A stretch of 32,000 nucleotides of DNA from Flavobacteriaceae bacterium (GCA_965224465.1 OZ245049.1:1080001-1112000); one strand, 5' to 3'; numbered from the stretch's first letter, positions 8,947 through 18,728 are shown. The notes: a model not told the origin generated them from the letters alone. Program-made: numbers and translations.

Positions 8947-9609
8947 CTATTCTTTTATTAATGTTTCTAAATATCTTAAACTTAATAATACCGCGTCTAA
9001 GTTAGCAATATTCAATCGCTTATGGACGGCTGGCTGCGTAATCTTAAGTTTATTTGCTAATTCTTGTTGCTTCATCTTAGTCAAAAGAACATAATACATC
9101 ACTTCTGAACTTAAATTAGACCAACGTAGAATAACAGTTTCTAACAATTTTGACAAAACTTCTAACTGAGTATTTAACGTAGCATCCATACTACTGAATA
9201 ATAAGGTTGTTTGCTTTTTCTTTAACAAATCAAAGTTAAGCCCCGATAATACATGCACTGGACTATTGGACTCTACTAATGATTTCTTAGAAACAAGCCC
9301 ATCACCTAGCCCTATAGAAATTCTAACATCCCATAATTTATCTATTGCAATAATTTTTGTTTTCTTTGTATGTACTCCTCCAATACGCGCGCGCAATCCT
9401 GCTCTAATAATCATCCCTACTAAAAACGCTTTCTCTGGACAATCCATTTCTATTTGGAAACTATCTCCACGATATGTTTCATATCTGATAGCAACAGCTA
9501 AAAACTCAGAAATATCAGTAATAATAATTTTTAACGAATGAAATAGCGCATCCATATTTTGAATATCTTGGGAATCTATAACATCTGCGGTAAGTACGGC
9601 CTGTCTCAT
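8947..9609 (-). CDS. SatD-family protein with a C-terminal helix-turn-helix
   Basis: The N-terminal half carries AVLTADVIDSQ, YRGDSFQ and DVRISIGLGDG. The C-terminus has an HTH-like QQELANKLKITQPAVHKRLN. Pairing with DUF3307 matches the satD-satE association. Confidence 0.65.
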   Translation of the reverse strand: MRQAVLTADVIDSQDIQNMDALFHSLKIIITDISEFLAVAIRYETYRGDSFQIEMDCPEKAFLVGMIIRAGLRARIGGVHTKKTKIIAIDKLWDVRISIGLGDGLVSKKSLVESNSPVHVLSGLNFDLLKKKQTTLLFSSMDATLNTQLEVLSKLLETVILRWSNLSSEVMYYVLLTKMKQQELANKLKITQPAVHKRLNIANLDAVLLSLRYLETLIKE

Positions 9610-9651
9610 ATCAATACTTTATTTACATGGCAATATACTAAAAATATAATA

Positions 9652-9738
9652 CTAGAAGGTTATAATTACGTTTTATAATGCTACAGGGTTATAATTGCAC
9701 TTTATAGGCCTGTAGGGTTATAAATATTAAAATGTTTT
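9652..9738. repeat. three tandem 29-bp direct repeats (candidate operator array)
   Basis: Units at 9652-9680 (CTAGAAGGTTATAATTACGTTTTATAATG), 9681-9709 (CTACAGGGTTATAATTGCACTTTATAGGC) and 9710-9738 (CTGTAGGGTTATAAATATTAAAATGTTTT). The shared core is GGTTATAA. Confidence 0.8.
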
Positions 9739-9923
9739 ATTAAAAGCCTCTCTTAAAAAAAAAACATAGAACTTCCTCCACATATTTTTTTAAAAAAAAT
9801 AAAAGTAACCTTTTATAATACGCATATCGCAATAGATTTACTATTTTCGTAGCTGTAATACCTATTAAAATATACAGTTGTTTCTAAACAATCCATTAGA
9901 AATTAATTTTAAACATCATTACA

Positions 9924-11444
9924 ATGAAAAAAACAAGCGTCATAATTGCCCTCTTTACTTATTTATTTACACAGGCTCAAACTTCGGAACAGCTTGAATA
10001 TTTAGATTCGTATTTCACAAAATCTTACCAAGAGTGGAACATACCAGGAATGGCAATAGCCATCGTAAGTTCAGACAGCACTTATTTAAGCAAAGGATAT
10101 GGAGTCACAAATACAAAAACTAAAGAAGCGGTAAATAAACACACCCTTTTTGCTGTAGCATCCAATTCAAAATCATTTACAGCAAGTGCTCTAGCGCAGC
10201 TAGTGGATCAAAAAAAGCTTAAATGGACGCGTAAAGTAATTGATTACCTTCCGTACTTTAAAATGTACAACAACTATGTAACACAGCATTTTACCATTGC
10301 AGATTTACTTTCACATCGCAGTGGGCTTGCCACGTTTAGTGGAGATTTATTATGGTATGCAACTACAAAAACTCCCATAGAAATTATCCAAGCACAGCAG
10401 TACTTAAAGCCCAAATACGAATTCCGAACTCGATTTGGCTACTCAAACATATCCTATTTAGCAGCGGGACAAATAATAGAAAAAATAAGCGGAAAATCTT
10501 GGGCTACCTATATTCAAGAGGCTTTTTTAAGCCCCTTAAAAATGAACAGAACACTTACTTCTACAAAACAACTCCAACAGACTAAAAATATTGCGACACC
10601 TTATTTTACAGAAAACAACACAAACATAGCATTGGATTGGGTAAACTGGGACAATATAGCCCCTGCAGGAGCATTAATATCTTCGGTTAATGATTATTCA
10701 AAATGGCTTCAGTTAAATTTAAAAGAAGGAACATTTAAAGGTAAAACATATTTTTCTAAAGAGCAATTCAATCAATTAACCACCCCACACATTAACTTTA
10801 CGGTAAAGAAAAACAAGTATAAACATCATTTCACCAGTTATGGAATGGGCTGGAATCTACAAGATTATGAAGGCATAAAAGTAATTTCACATGGAGGTGG
10901 TTATGAAGGAATGATCTCGAAATCGTTTTTTATTCCAGAAAAAAACCTAGCCGTTATCATCGTTACAAACAGTATTAATTGGCTTCCTAGCGCACTTTCA
11001 AATAAAATCCTTGACGTTTTAATAGGAAATAATATGGAAGGCAAAGACTGGTCGGCAGACTACCTTACTATTAAGAATAAAAAAGACAAAAAGAAGCTCA
11101 TCAAAAAAAACATAGTAGCATCAGAACGTGGTCAACTTGAAAAAAATCATTTAGAGCTCAACCAATATACAGGTATCTATTCCGACAAAATGTACGGCAC
11201 TATAACCGTAAGTAATAAAAAAGGAGTATTGCATTTTCAAATGGACAAAACACCTATCTTTTATGCAGATTTAAAGCATTGGAACCATCATATTTTCACC
11301 TTTAGATTTAACACCTCTCTATGCTCCTTACCTCAAGGAAAACTATGGTTTGACTTAGATCAAGAAGGAAAAACAAAACGCTTACATATAAACATTCCAA
11401 ATCCCGACTTTGATTTTGGTGAATTCGACTTTATTAAGCAATAA
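9924..11444 (+). CDS. serine hydrolase of the beta-lactamase / PBP (class C-type) family
   Basis: Signal peptide. SxxK (SNSK in ASNSKSF), YxN (YSN) and HGG motifs appear in the expected order, with a long C-terminal extension. Confidence 0.85.
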   Translation: MKKTSVIIALFTYLFTQAQTSEQLEYLDSYFTKSYQEWNIPGMAIAIVSSDSTYLSKGYGVTNTKTKEAVNKHTLFAVASNSKSFTASALAQLVDQKKLKWTRKVIDYLPYFKMYNNYVTQHFTIADLLSHRSGLATFSGDLLWYATTKTPIEIIQAQQYLKPKYEFRTRFGYSNISYLAAGQIIEKISGKSWATYIQEAFLSPLKMNRTLTSTKQLQQTKNIATPYFTENNTNIALDWVNWDNIAPAGALISSVNDYSKWLQLNLKEGTFKGKTYFSKEQFNQLTTPHINFTVKKNKYKHHFTSYGMGWNLQDYEGIKVISHGGGYEGMISKSFFIPEKNLAVIIVTNSINWLPSALSNKILDVLIGNNMEGKDWSADYLTIKNKKDKKKLIKKNIVASERGQLEKNHLELNQYTGIYSDKMYGTITVSNKKGVLHFQMDKTPIFYADLKHWNHHIFTFRFNTSLCSLPQGKLWFDLDQEGKTKRLHINIPNPDFDFGEFDFIKQ

Positions 11445-11460
11445 TTCACAATAAAATCAG

Positions 11461-11468
11461 TATTTTTG
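11461..11468 (+). promoter_or_regulatory. candidate Bacteroidetes -7 promoter box for argS
   Basis: TATTTTTG matches TAnnTTTG exactly. It lies 26 nt upstream of the ATG at 11494, in the 49-nt gap after the preceding gene. Confidence 0.45.
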
Positions 11469-11493
11469 CACCTTAATTTTTTTAATAATTTAC

Positions 11494-13269
11494 ATGAGTA
11501 TTCAAGCAAAATTAACCGACGCAGTAAAAGCGGCTTTTAAAGCCCAGTATGATGTTCGCATTGAAACCGTAGAGTTTCAAGCAACTCGAAAAGATTTTGA
11601 AGGAGATATAACTATTGTCGTATTTGCTTTTTTACGCCATGTAAAAGGAAATCCTGTAAAGATTGGAGAAGAATTAGGGGTTTATTTAAAAGAGCATGTA
11701 TCAGAGGTAACTGATTTTAATGTAGTAAAAGGATTTTTAAACTTAGTAATTTCTGAATCTCATTATTTAGATGTTTTTAATAAAATCAATGCCATTGCTA
11801 ATTATGGTATCGTAACGCCTCCCGAAGATCAAAAAGCCGACATGGTAGAATATTCTTCACCAAACACCAACAAGCCATTACACTTGGGACATGTACGTAA
11901 TAATTTATTAGGCTATTCTGTAGCAGAGATTATGGCTGCTTCAGGAAAAAAAGTATACAAAACACAAATCATAAACGACCGTGGAATTCATATTTGTAAA
12001 AGCATGCTTGCTTGGAAGAAATTTGGAAATGGAGAAACTCCAGAAAGCACCGGACTTAAGGGAGACAAACTAGTAGGGAACTACTATGTAGCTTTTGACA
12101 AAGCGTATAAAGTAGAAATCAAAGAATTGATGGATACTGGAAGAACAGAAGATGAAGCTAAGAAAGAGGCTCCTATTTTAATAGAAGCACAAGCTATGTT
12201 ACTCAAATGGGAAGCTGGAGATAAAGAAGTAGTTACACTTTGGAAAACCATGAATCAATGGGTGTATGACGGATTTGATGTTACTTACAAAGAATTAGGT
12301 GTAGATTTTGATAAGAATTATTATGAAAGTGAAACCTATTTATTAGGAAAAGACATTGTAGCCGAAGGACTTGAAAAAGGGATCTTTTTCAAAAAAGAAG
12401 ACAATTCCGTTTGGATAGACCTGACCAAAGATGGTTTGGACGAAAAAATTGTATTGAGAGGAGATGGGACTGCCGTTTACATGACGCAAGACATAGGGAC
12501 AGCTATTGAACGATTTAAAGATTTTGATTTAAACGAATTGGTATACACCGTAGGAAACGAACAAGACTATCATTTTAAAGTATTGTTCCTTATCCTTAAA
12601 AAACTAGGATTTAAATGGTCAGAAAGCATGTATCATTTGTCTTACGGCATGGTGGAATTACCTTTTGGTAAAATGAAATCAAGAGAAGGTACTGTTGTAG
12701 ATGCGGATGATTTAATGGTTGAAATGACCAATACGGCACGTTCTATATCTCAAGAACTAGGAAAACTCGAAGGATATTCAGAAGAGGAAAAGGAATCTTT
12801 GTATAAAATTATAGGCTTGGGTGCTTTAAAATATTACATCTTAAAAGTAGATCCAAAACGTAGAATTATGTTCAATCCAGAAGAATCTGTAGATTTTAAT
12901 GGAAACACGGGACCTTTTATACAATACACCTACGCACGTATACAGTCTATTTTAAGAAAAGCAACTTTTGATTACACACAAACTATAGAGAAAATAGACT
13001 TGCATTCAAAAGAAATTAACCTTATCAAAGAGTTGGAAAACTTCCCAGAGGTAATTCAAAATGCAGCTGCAAATCACAGCCCTGCATTGATCGCAAATTA
13101 CACCTACGATTTAGTAAAAGCATACAATTCGTTTTACCAAACAGTTCCCATTTTAGGATGTGAGAACAACCAAGAAAAAATATTTAGAACACAATTGTCT
13201 GCTAAAGTTGCAACCACAATAAAAACAGGTTTTCGCCTATTAGGAATTGCGGTTCCAGAAAGAATGTAA
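11494..13269 (+). CDS. argS: arginine--tRNA ligase
   Basis: Class I HIGH-type motif PNTNKPLHLGHVRN, a GKMKSREG region, a C-terminal anticodon-binding DALR-like segment, and a 591-aa length typical of ArgRS. Confidence 0.92.
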   Translation: MSIQAKLTDAVKAAFKAQYDVRIETVEFQATRKDFEGDITIVVFAFLRHVKGNPVKIGEELGVYLKEHVSEVTDFNVVKGFLNLVISESHYLDVFNKINAIANYGIVTPPEDQKADMVEYSSPNTNKPLHLGHVRNNLLGYSVAEIMAASGKKVYKTQIINDRGIHICKSMLAWKKFGNGETPESTGLKGDKLVGNYYVAFDKAYKVEIKELMDTGRTEDEAKKEAPILIEAQAMLLKWEAGDKEVVTLWKTMNQWVYDGFDVTYKELGVDFDKNYYESETYLLGKDIVAEGLEKGIFFKKEDNSVWIDLTKDGLDEKIVLRGDGTAVYMTQDIGTAIERFKDFDLNELVYTVGNEQDYHFKVLFLILKKLGFKWSESMYHLSYGMVELPFGKMKSREGTVVDADDLMVEMTNTARSISQELGKLEGYSEEEKESLYKIIGLGALKYYILKVDPKRRIMFNPEESVDFNGNTGPFIQYTYARIQSILRKATFDYTQTIEKIDLHSKEINLIKELENFPEVIQNAAANHSPALIANYTYDLVKAYNSFYQTVPILGCENNQEKIFRTQLSAKVATTIKTGFRLLGIAVPERM

Positions 13270-13292
13270 AAAAATTTAAAACAAGTATCATC

Positions 13293-13334
13293 ATGAGGTT
13301 TTAAATTCTATATTTAAAACCTCATTTTTTTTTA
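13293..13334 (+). terminator. rho-independent terminator of argS
   Basis: Perfect 14-bp stem ATGAGGTTTTAAAT / ATTTAAAACCTCAT with a 5-nt loop, followed by T9. Confidence 0.85.
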
Positions 13335-13353
13335 CAAAAAAAACATTTCTCCT

Positions 13354-14223
13354 ATGAAAAACAAAGAATTAGCAATCCAAACCACTTATTTTAGTATTGC
13401 AGGAAATACATGCCTTGCTATTATAAAAGGGCTTGCTGGTTTTTTCGGAAACTCATACGCTTTGATTGCAGATGCCATTGAATCTACTACAGATATATTT
13501 GCCTCTATTTTTGTCTTATTAGGAATCAAATATTCCAATAAGCCCGCCGACAAGAACCACCCTTATGGCCATGGAAAAATAGAGCCTTTAATCACCTTTT
13601 TAGTCGTTGGTTTTTTGATTACTTCCGCAAGTATTATTGCTTACAAAAGTATTCACAACATACAAACACCCCATAAAACTCCAGAAGCATGGACCTTAAT
13701 TGTCCTTTTATTTATCATCGCTTGGAAAGAGTATTCCTACAGGCATGTGATGAAAAGAAGTAAAGAAACCAATAGCACTTCCTTAGCGGCAGATGCTTGG
13801 CATCACAGAAGCGATGCCATTACATCGGTCACCGCTTTTATAGGAATCTCTATTGCAATTGTAATGGGAGACGGCTATGAAAGTGCCGATGACTGGGCTG
13901 CACTCCTTGCTTCAGCTATTATATTATACAATAGCTACTTGATTTTCCGACCTGCACTAAGCGAAATATTAGACGAAGATACACATGAAGATTTTATAGC
14001 AAATATAAGGTCAGAATCTTTAAAAGTAACGGGAGTTCTAGGAACGGAAAAATGCTATATAAGAAAAACAGGGATGACGTATCATGTAGATTTACATGCC
14101 ATTGTAAATGCACATATTACCGTAAAAGAAGGACATACCATTTCTCACAATCTAAAAGATGCATTGCGTGATAAATTCCCCAGCATAGAAAATGTATTAA
14201 TACATATAGAACCCAATTCTTAA
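13354..14223 (+). CDS. cation diffusion facilitator (CDF) family metal efflux transporter
   Basis: Six TM segments with ADAIESTTD and DAWHHRSDA metal-site motifs, plus a C-terminal cytoplasmic domain. Confidence 0.85.
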   Translation: MKNKELAIQTTYFSIAGNTCLAIIKGLAGFFGNSYALIADAIESTTDIFASIFVLLGIKYSNKPADKNHPYGHGKIEPLITFLVVGFLITSASIIAYKSIHNIQTPHKTPEAWTLIVLLFIIAWKEYSYRHVMKRSKETNSTSLAADAWHHRSDAITSVTAFIGISIAIVMGDGYESADDWAALLASAIILYNSYLIFRPALSEILDEDTHEDFIANIRSESLKVTGVLGTEKCYIRKTGMTYHVDLHAIVNAHITVKEGHTISHNLKDALRDKFPSIENVLIHIEPNS

Positions 14224-14236
14224 TGTTTTCTCATCT

Positions 14237-14276
14237 AAAAAAAAAAACCAAATGACTGAAGGAAACAATCATTTGG
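14237..14276 (-). terminator. rho-independent terminator of the sulfatase gene
   Basis: CCAAATGA at 14248-14255 pairs with TCATTTGG at 14269-14276. On the minus strand the hairpin is followed by T11. Confidence 0.65.
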
Positions 14277-14285
14277 AAAATTAGT

Positions 14286-15806
14286 TTATTTGTAAATATT
14301 AAAGCTTCCTTTTTCTAATAAAAACAATAATTCTGTTACAATATCTGGATGATCCGCTGCAATATTAACGGTTTCACTTGGGTCGTTTTTATGATCATAC
14401 AACTCTATTGTTGGTGTTTGATCTCTAAAATATTTTGTAAGTCTATACCTTGGAGTTCTCATTGTAATTCCATTATTAAAATACCCAAACGAAAGATCTT
14501 TCCAGTCTTTAGAATTGTGGTTTTTCATAATTGAAACTAAACTGTAACCATCTGTTTTTACGTCCGATTCTATCCCACACAATTCCATTAAAGTAGGGTA
14601 TATATCTACAGAACTAACAATCCTATCTACAGATGCTCCTTTGAATTTCTCTCCTGGTACTTTGATTATAAATGCGGATCGTAAAGCGACTTCAAACAAT
14701 GAATGTTTCCCCCACATCTGCTGATTACCTAGATGCCAACCATGATCACCCCAAACAACAATAATTGTATTTTCTGAAAGATGTAAACGCTCAACAGCCT
14801 TGAGTACTTTTCCAACTTGTGCATCTATATAACTCACACTAGCATAATAACCATGTCTTAATTTTCGAGCATAATCATCCGAAAGTGGTGTTGCTAATGA
14901 AGGATGCTCATCCCCCAGTTTATAACTACCAAACTCATTACTATTATGCAAACTAAGATCGTTTACGTGGAGAGGTTTGTTAGGGTTATTTGCTAATTTA
15001 ATTTGATCTCTATCATATAAATCCCAGTACTCTTTAGGAGCATTGAATGGTAAATGAGGTTTAAAAAAACCTATCCCTAAGAAAAAAGGCTGGTTCATTT
15101 TCTTTAATTTTTTTAACTGACTCACCGCCAAACGCGCTGTATTATCATCTGGGTACTTCACCTTATCTCCAAGAGGTTTTTCATAAGGTTTTACCATTTT
15201 ATTTCTTCCTTGACGATTCGATCCATCCGCATATCCAAAAAATGCATTCCAACCAGTTCCCCATTTACCAGAATCAAAAAGCATTTGATCCCAACTATTT
15301 GGCAATTCTAACGTTGTACTTACGGGTTCCTCATAGCCATACACATAACCATCTGCACTATGACTTATTTTACCTATTCCAACGGTATAATATCCATTAT
15401 TTCTCAATTCATGAATAAATGTTTCAGGAATACTTGATGCTGGCTTCTCTGAAATAAAAATTTCACAAGCTGCATTTTTTAAGTGTGTTGTTGTTGTTGG
15501 AAACTGTCCCGTAAGCATACTATATCTAGATGCTCCACAGGTAGGAACTTGCACAAAATGATTCTTAAACAAAACTGCCTCTTCTGCTAATTTATCCATA
15601 TACGGCGTCAGTATATCTTTCTTCCCATAACAACCCAAATCAGGCCTTAAATCATCAATACTAATAAAAATTACATTAGGCCTCTCTTTTATATTATTTT
15701 GGGCTTGCAGGAATGAATTTCCAATAAAAAAGAAAGTTAAAACAGTTAAAAATTGCAAAACTTTTATAGAAGTAGAGATCTTTAGTGGGGTATAAGTATA
15801 CATCAT
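14286..15806 (-). CDS. formylglycine-dependent sulfatase (iduronate-2-sulfatase-like)
   Basis: Signal peptide. NVIFISIDDLRPD, the sulfatase signature CGASRYSMLTG (C-x-A-x-R variant), and GDHGWHLG. Confidence 0.85.
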   Translation of the reverse strand: MMYTYTPLKISTSIKVLQFLTVLTFFFIGNSFLQAQNNIKERPNVIFISIDDLRPDLGCYGKKDILTPYMDKLAEEAVLFKNHFVQVPTCGASRYSMLTGQFPTTTTHLKNAACEIFISEKPASSIPETFIHELRNNGYYTVGIGKISHSADGYVYGYEEPVSTTLELPNSWDQMLFDSGKWGTGWNAFFGYADGSNRQGRNKMVKPYEKPLGDKVKYPDDNTARLAVSQLKKLKKMNQPFFLGIGFFKPHLPFNAPKEYWDLYDRDQIKLANNPNKPLHVNDLSLHNSNEFGSYKLGDEHPSLATPLSDDYARKLRHGYYASVSYIDAQVGKVLKAVERLHLSENTIIVVWGDHGWHLGNQQMWGKHSLFEVALRSAFIIKVPGEKFKGASVDRIVSSVDIYPTLMELCGIESDVKTDGYSLVSIMKNHNSKDWKDLSFGYFNNGITMRTPRYRLTKYFRDQTPTIELYDHKNDPSETVNIAADHPDIVTELLFLLEKGSFNIYK

Positions 15807-15820
15807 ACGATATGTTATGC

Positions 15821-16941
15821 TGAATTCAAGTCACAAACGCAACTTTTAGTTAAATAATAATTGTTCCATTACAAATATAGGGTTTTGATATTTATGTCTC
15901 TTCCTAGGTCTGTTATTTAATTTTGTTTCTACCTCTTTGATTCTTTGATCTGTTAGGTTTGTAAAGTCACTTCCTTTGGCAAAATATTGTCTAATCAAAC
16001 CATTTAAATTTTCGTTAGATCCTCTTTCCCAAGAGTGATATGGATGCGCAAAAAAGTAATCAATACATAAATTTTCTGCAACCTGCTCATGGCCTGCAAA
16101 TTCTTTTCCATTATCAGCTGTTATAGTATGTAGATAAGGCTTCCAGTCTTCTAATATTTCATTGATAGCTTTAGTGACAACAACTGCTTCTTTAGAGCTT
16201 ACTTTTTTCATTTTAAGCATTCCAGAAGCTCTATCATTTACGGTAAGTATGGCTTGATTATGGTTTTTACCTATGATTAAATCGACCTCTAAATCTCCAA
16301 ATCGATTTCTTTGTTCAACAACTTCAGGGCGTTGTTCTATACTAATACGATTCTTTATAACCCCTCTAGAATCCTTTGATGAGCCACGTTTTCTATATCT
16401 CCTTCCCTGTCTGCGAAGGTGTGTATGTAAATCACCATCATTCCTCTTGTCTTCCCTAATATGCTGATATATACGCTCAATAGACACCGTTTCTTTACCT
16501 TGTTTTTTTAGGACACCAACTACTTGCTCAGGACTATAATCGTCTCGCAATAACAACTCTATTGCTTGTTGAATATCTTCTGTAAAGCGTTTTCTTTTAG
16601 GCTTTTCTTTATGACGTTTAGCATACTTTTTTTGGGCTAATTCATGCTTGTAAACTCCATTTCTTTTGTCTGAATTACGCTTAATCTCTTTGCTAATAAC
16701 AGACTTGTCTTTTCCTATAGCAGCTGCTATCTCAACCTGTTTATAACCTTGTTTTAACATGCAACAAATTGTGTATCTTTGCGCTTGGGTGATGTGTTTC
16801 ATACAACTTCTTTTTTCGAGATTTGAGACCGTAAGATACATATCCATCAAGACAAGAAAGGTAGGTTTTCCTACTTTTCTGTTTTGAAAATATAACCATC
16901 ATAGAATCAAATCGAAAAGTTGCGTTTATTAGTTGAATTTA
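15821..16941 (-). mobile_element. IS30-family insertion sequence, apparently intact (~1.12 kb)
   Basis: Imperfect terminal inverted repeats. TGAATTCAAGTCACAAACGCAACTTTT at 15821-15847 matches the reverse complement of 16915-16941 (AAAAGTTGCGTTTATTAGTTGAATTTA) at about 22 of 27 positions. They flank a single transposase ORF. Confidence 0.85.
15846..16802 (-). CDS. IS30-family DDE transposase
   Basis: N-terminal HTH (HITQAQRYTICCMLKQGYKQVEIAAAIGK) and DDE core residues in context (DLEVDLIIGKNH, ITADNGKEF, ERGSNENLNGLIRQYF). The start is set at MKHITQ (16802), inside the IR-bounded element. Confidence 0.9.
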   Translation of the reverse strand: MKHITQAQRYTICCMLKQGYKQVEIAAAIGKDKSVISKEIKRNSDKRNGVYKHELAQKKYAKRHKEKPKRKRFTEDIQQAIELLLRDDYSPEQVVGVLKKQGKETVSIERIYQHIREDKRNDGDLHTHLRRQGRRYRKRGSSKDSRGVIKNRISIEQRPEVVEQRNRFGDLEVDLIIGKNHNQAILTVNDRASGMLKMKKVSSKEAVVVTKAINEILEDWKPYLHTITADNGKEFAGHEQVAENLCIDYFFAHPYHSWERGSNENLNGLIRQYFAKGSDFTNLTDQRIKEVETKLNNRPRKRHKYQNPIFVMEQLLFN

Positions 16942-17087
16942 AGTATTAATAAAGTCAGCTATAAAGTTAACCTTTTTAAAACTATCAACATGTTTAATTT
17001 TCAACTATTTAGAAGCAAAAAAAACCGACAAACAAAAACCACTAAGCACTAAAAAACAGCACCTAGAAAGCAGCCTAAACCTCTAAG

Positions 17088-17133
17088 AAACAAACAAAAA
17101 GCGACCCTTTTAAAATTTAAAATGATCGCTTTT
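17088..17133 (-). terminator. candidate terminator of the porP-ompA operon
   Basis: AAAAGCGA at 17097-17104 pairs with TCGCTTTT at 17126-17133 around a 21-nt AT loop. On the minus strand the hairpin runs into TTTTTGTTTGTTT. Confidence 0.5.
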
Positions 17134-17156
17134 CATATTCATAAAAAAAAAACAAA

Positions 17157-18728
17157 CTACTTTATCTCTTCTGGATTCACAATAACAAATTCGGTTCTAC
17201 GGTTCAGTTGATGTTCATATTCCGAACACTTTACACCATTAGAACAGTGGTTTTGCAACTGTGACTCTCCATAACCATTCGCTGTTAAACGATTGGAATC
17301 AATACCTCTACTTACAATAAAATCAACGGTAGATTTTGCTCTTCTACATGCCAATTTTGAATTATAACTATCATTTCCTCTAGCATCTGTATGTGATCCT
17401 GCAAGTATTCTTAAACTCGGATATTTCTTCATAATGCGCACTACTTTATTCAATTCAATAATGGCATCTGCTCTTATAACAGCTTTATCAAAATCAAAAT
17501 ATATAGGATCGATATTAATGACTATATTATCATCATTTGTACTAAATTCTTCTTTTTTCAATACTAAAATTTGATATTCTGAATCAATTTTAAAATTTGA
17601 ATATACTGCATTCGCATTGACAAATCCACTGTGTTCCGCTACTACCTCATATACGATATTACAATCAACTTCAAACTTAAAAGATCCATTTCCACCTACT
17701 ATCTTAGTATTCAATACTTTTTTATTGGCATCATACAAGGTTACTTTACTGCCAGAGATTACTTGTTTCGTGTCTAAATCTTTTACAATACCTGTTACAA
17801 AACGCAGGCATTTTTTTTGTTTGAAATAATAAATATCATCGTCTCCTTTCCCTCCTTCTCTATTGCTAGAAAAATAACCTGTTACTAATGGAGCATCGTT
17901 CCTTACCACAAAGCCAAAATCGTCAGAGGTACTATTAATTGAACTCCCCAAATTAACTGGAATAGACATTCCATTCTCTTCAAAACTACTTTTAAAAATA
18001 TCTAAATCCCCCATTCCATCATGTGTATCCGATGAAAAATACAAGGTATTTCCTTCTACCGAAGGAAACATTTCTTTTCCTAAGGAATTAATTACAGCAC
18101 CCAAATTAATAGGGGTTCCATACTTTCCGTCTTCTAAAACAGCCACTTCCCAAATATCTGTCTTCCCTATACTACCTGGCATATCAGAAGTAAAATATAA
18201 TTTTGACTCGTTGGCACTCAACGCTGGATGTCCTACAGAATATTCATCATTATTAAATGGCAATTCTTCAATATTCCCCCAATCACCATTTTTCAAAATA
18301 GTGGCTTTATACATTTTTATATTATTCCAGCCTTGAGAATCTTTTCTATAACGATGTTTAAAATAATTATTACGACTAAAATAAACAGTCTTTTTATCTT
18401 TCGTAAATACGGCATCTGATTCATGGTATTTTGTACTAATCCTCCTTGAAAACAATGTCACATTACTAATTTCTCCATCATTATTTATCGCTCCTTTAAA
18501 CAAATTCAAGTAAGGTTGATTGTTCTGTTTCCATACTCTTTTCCCTATCAAACCAGTTGGTTTAGACGAAGCAAAAACAGCCGTATTTTTATCCATAAAA
18601 GAAACTCCAAAATCAGAATACTTTGTATTGATTTCTAGATTTTTTATGTCATAATTAGTTTTTTGAGAGAAACTATTAAAAGAATACAGCACACATAGAA
18701 CAACAATTATAAGTTTTAATAATTTCAT
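17157..18728 (-). CDS. OmpA-family protein with TolB-like beta-propeller repeats and a carboxypeptidase-regulatory-like domain
   Basis: The C-terminal OmpA/MotB peptidoglycan-binding domain has DPIYFDFDKAVIR, GSHTDARGNDSYNSKLACRRA and NRRTEFVIV. An N-terminal signal peptide is present. Confidence 0.85.
   Translation of the reverse strand: MKLLKLIIVVLCVLYSFNSFSQKTNYDIKNLEINTKYSDFGVSFMDKNTAVFASSKPTGLIGKRVWKQNNQPYLNLFKGAINNDGEISNVTLFSRRISTKYHESDAVFTKDKKTVYFSRNNYFKHRYRKDSQGWNNIKMYKATILKNGDWGNIEELPFNNDEYSVGHPALSANESKLYFTSDMPGSIGKTDIWEVAVLEDGKYGTPINLGAVINSLGKEMFPSVEGNTLYFSSDTHDGMGDLDIFKSSFEENGMSIPVNLGSSINSTSDDFGFVVRNDAPLVTGYFSSNREGGKGDDDIYYFKQKKCLRFVTGIVKDLDTKQVISGSKVTLYDANKKVLNTKIVGGNGSFKFEVDCNIVYEVVAEHSGFVNANAVYSNFKIDSEYQILVLKKEEFSTNDDNIVINIDPIYFDFDKAVIRADAIIELNKVVRIMKKYPSLRILAGSHTDARGNDSYNSKLACRRAKSTVDFIVSRGIDSNRLTANGYGESQLQNHCSNGVKCSEYEHQLNRRTEFVIVNPEEIK

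Noticed and set aside
15520-15560. The sulfatase active-site motif reads C-G-A-S-R rather than the textbook C-x-P-x-R.
   Set aside because: Ala at the Pro position lies within the accepted (C/S)-x-(P/A)-x-R formylglycine signature, so it is not evidence of inactivity or novelty.
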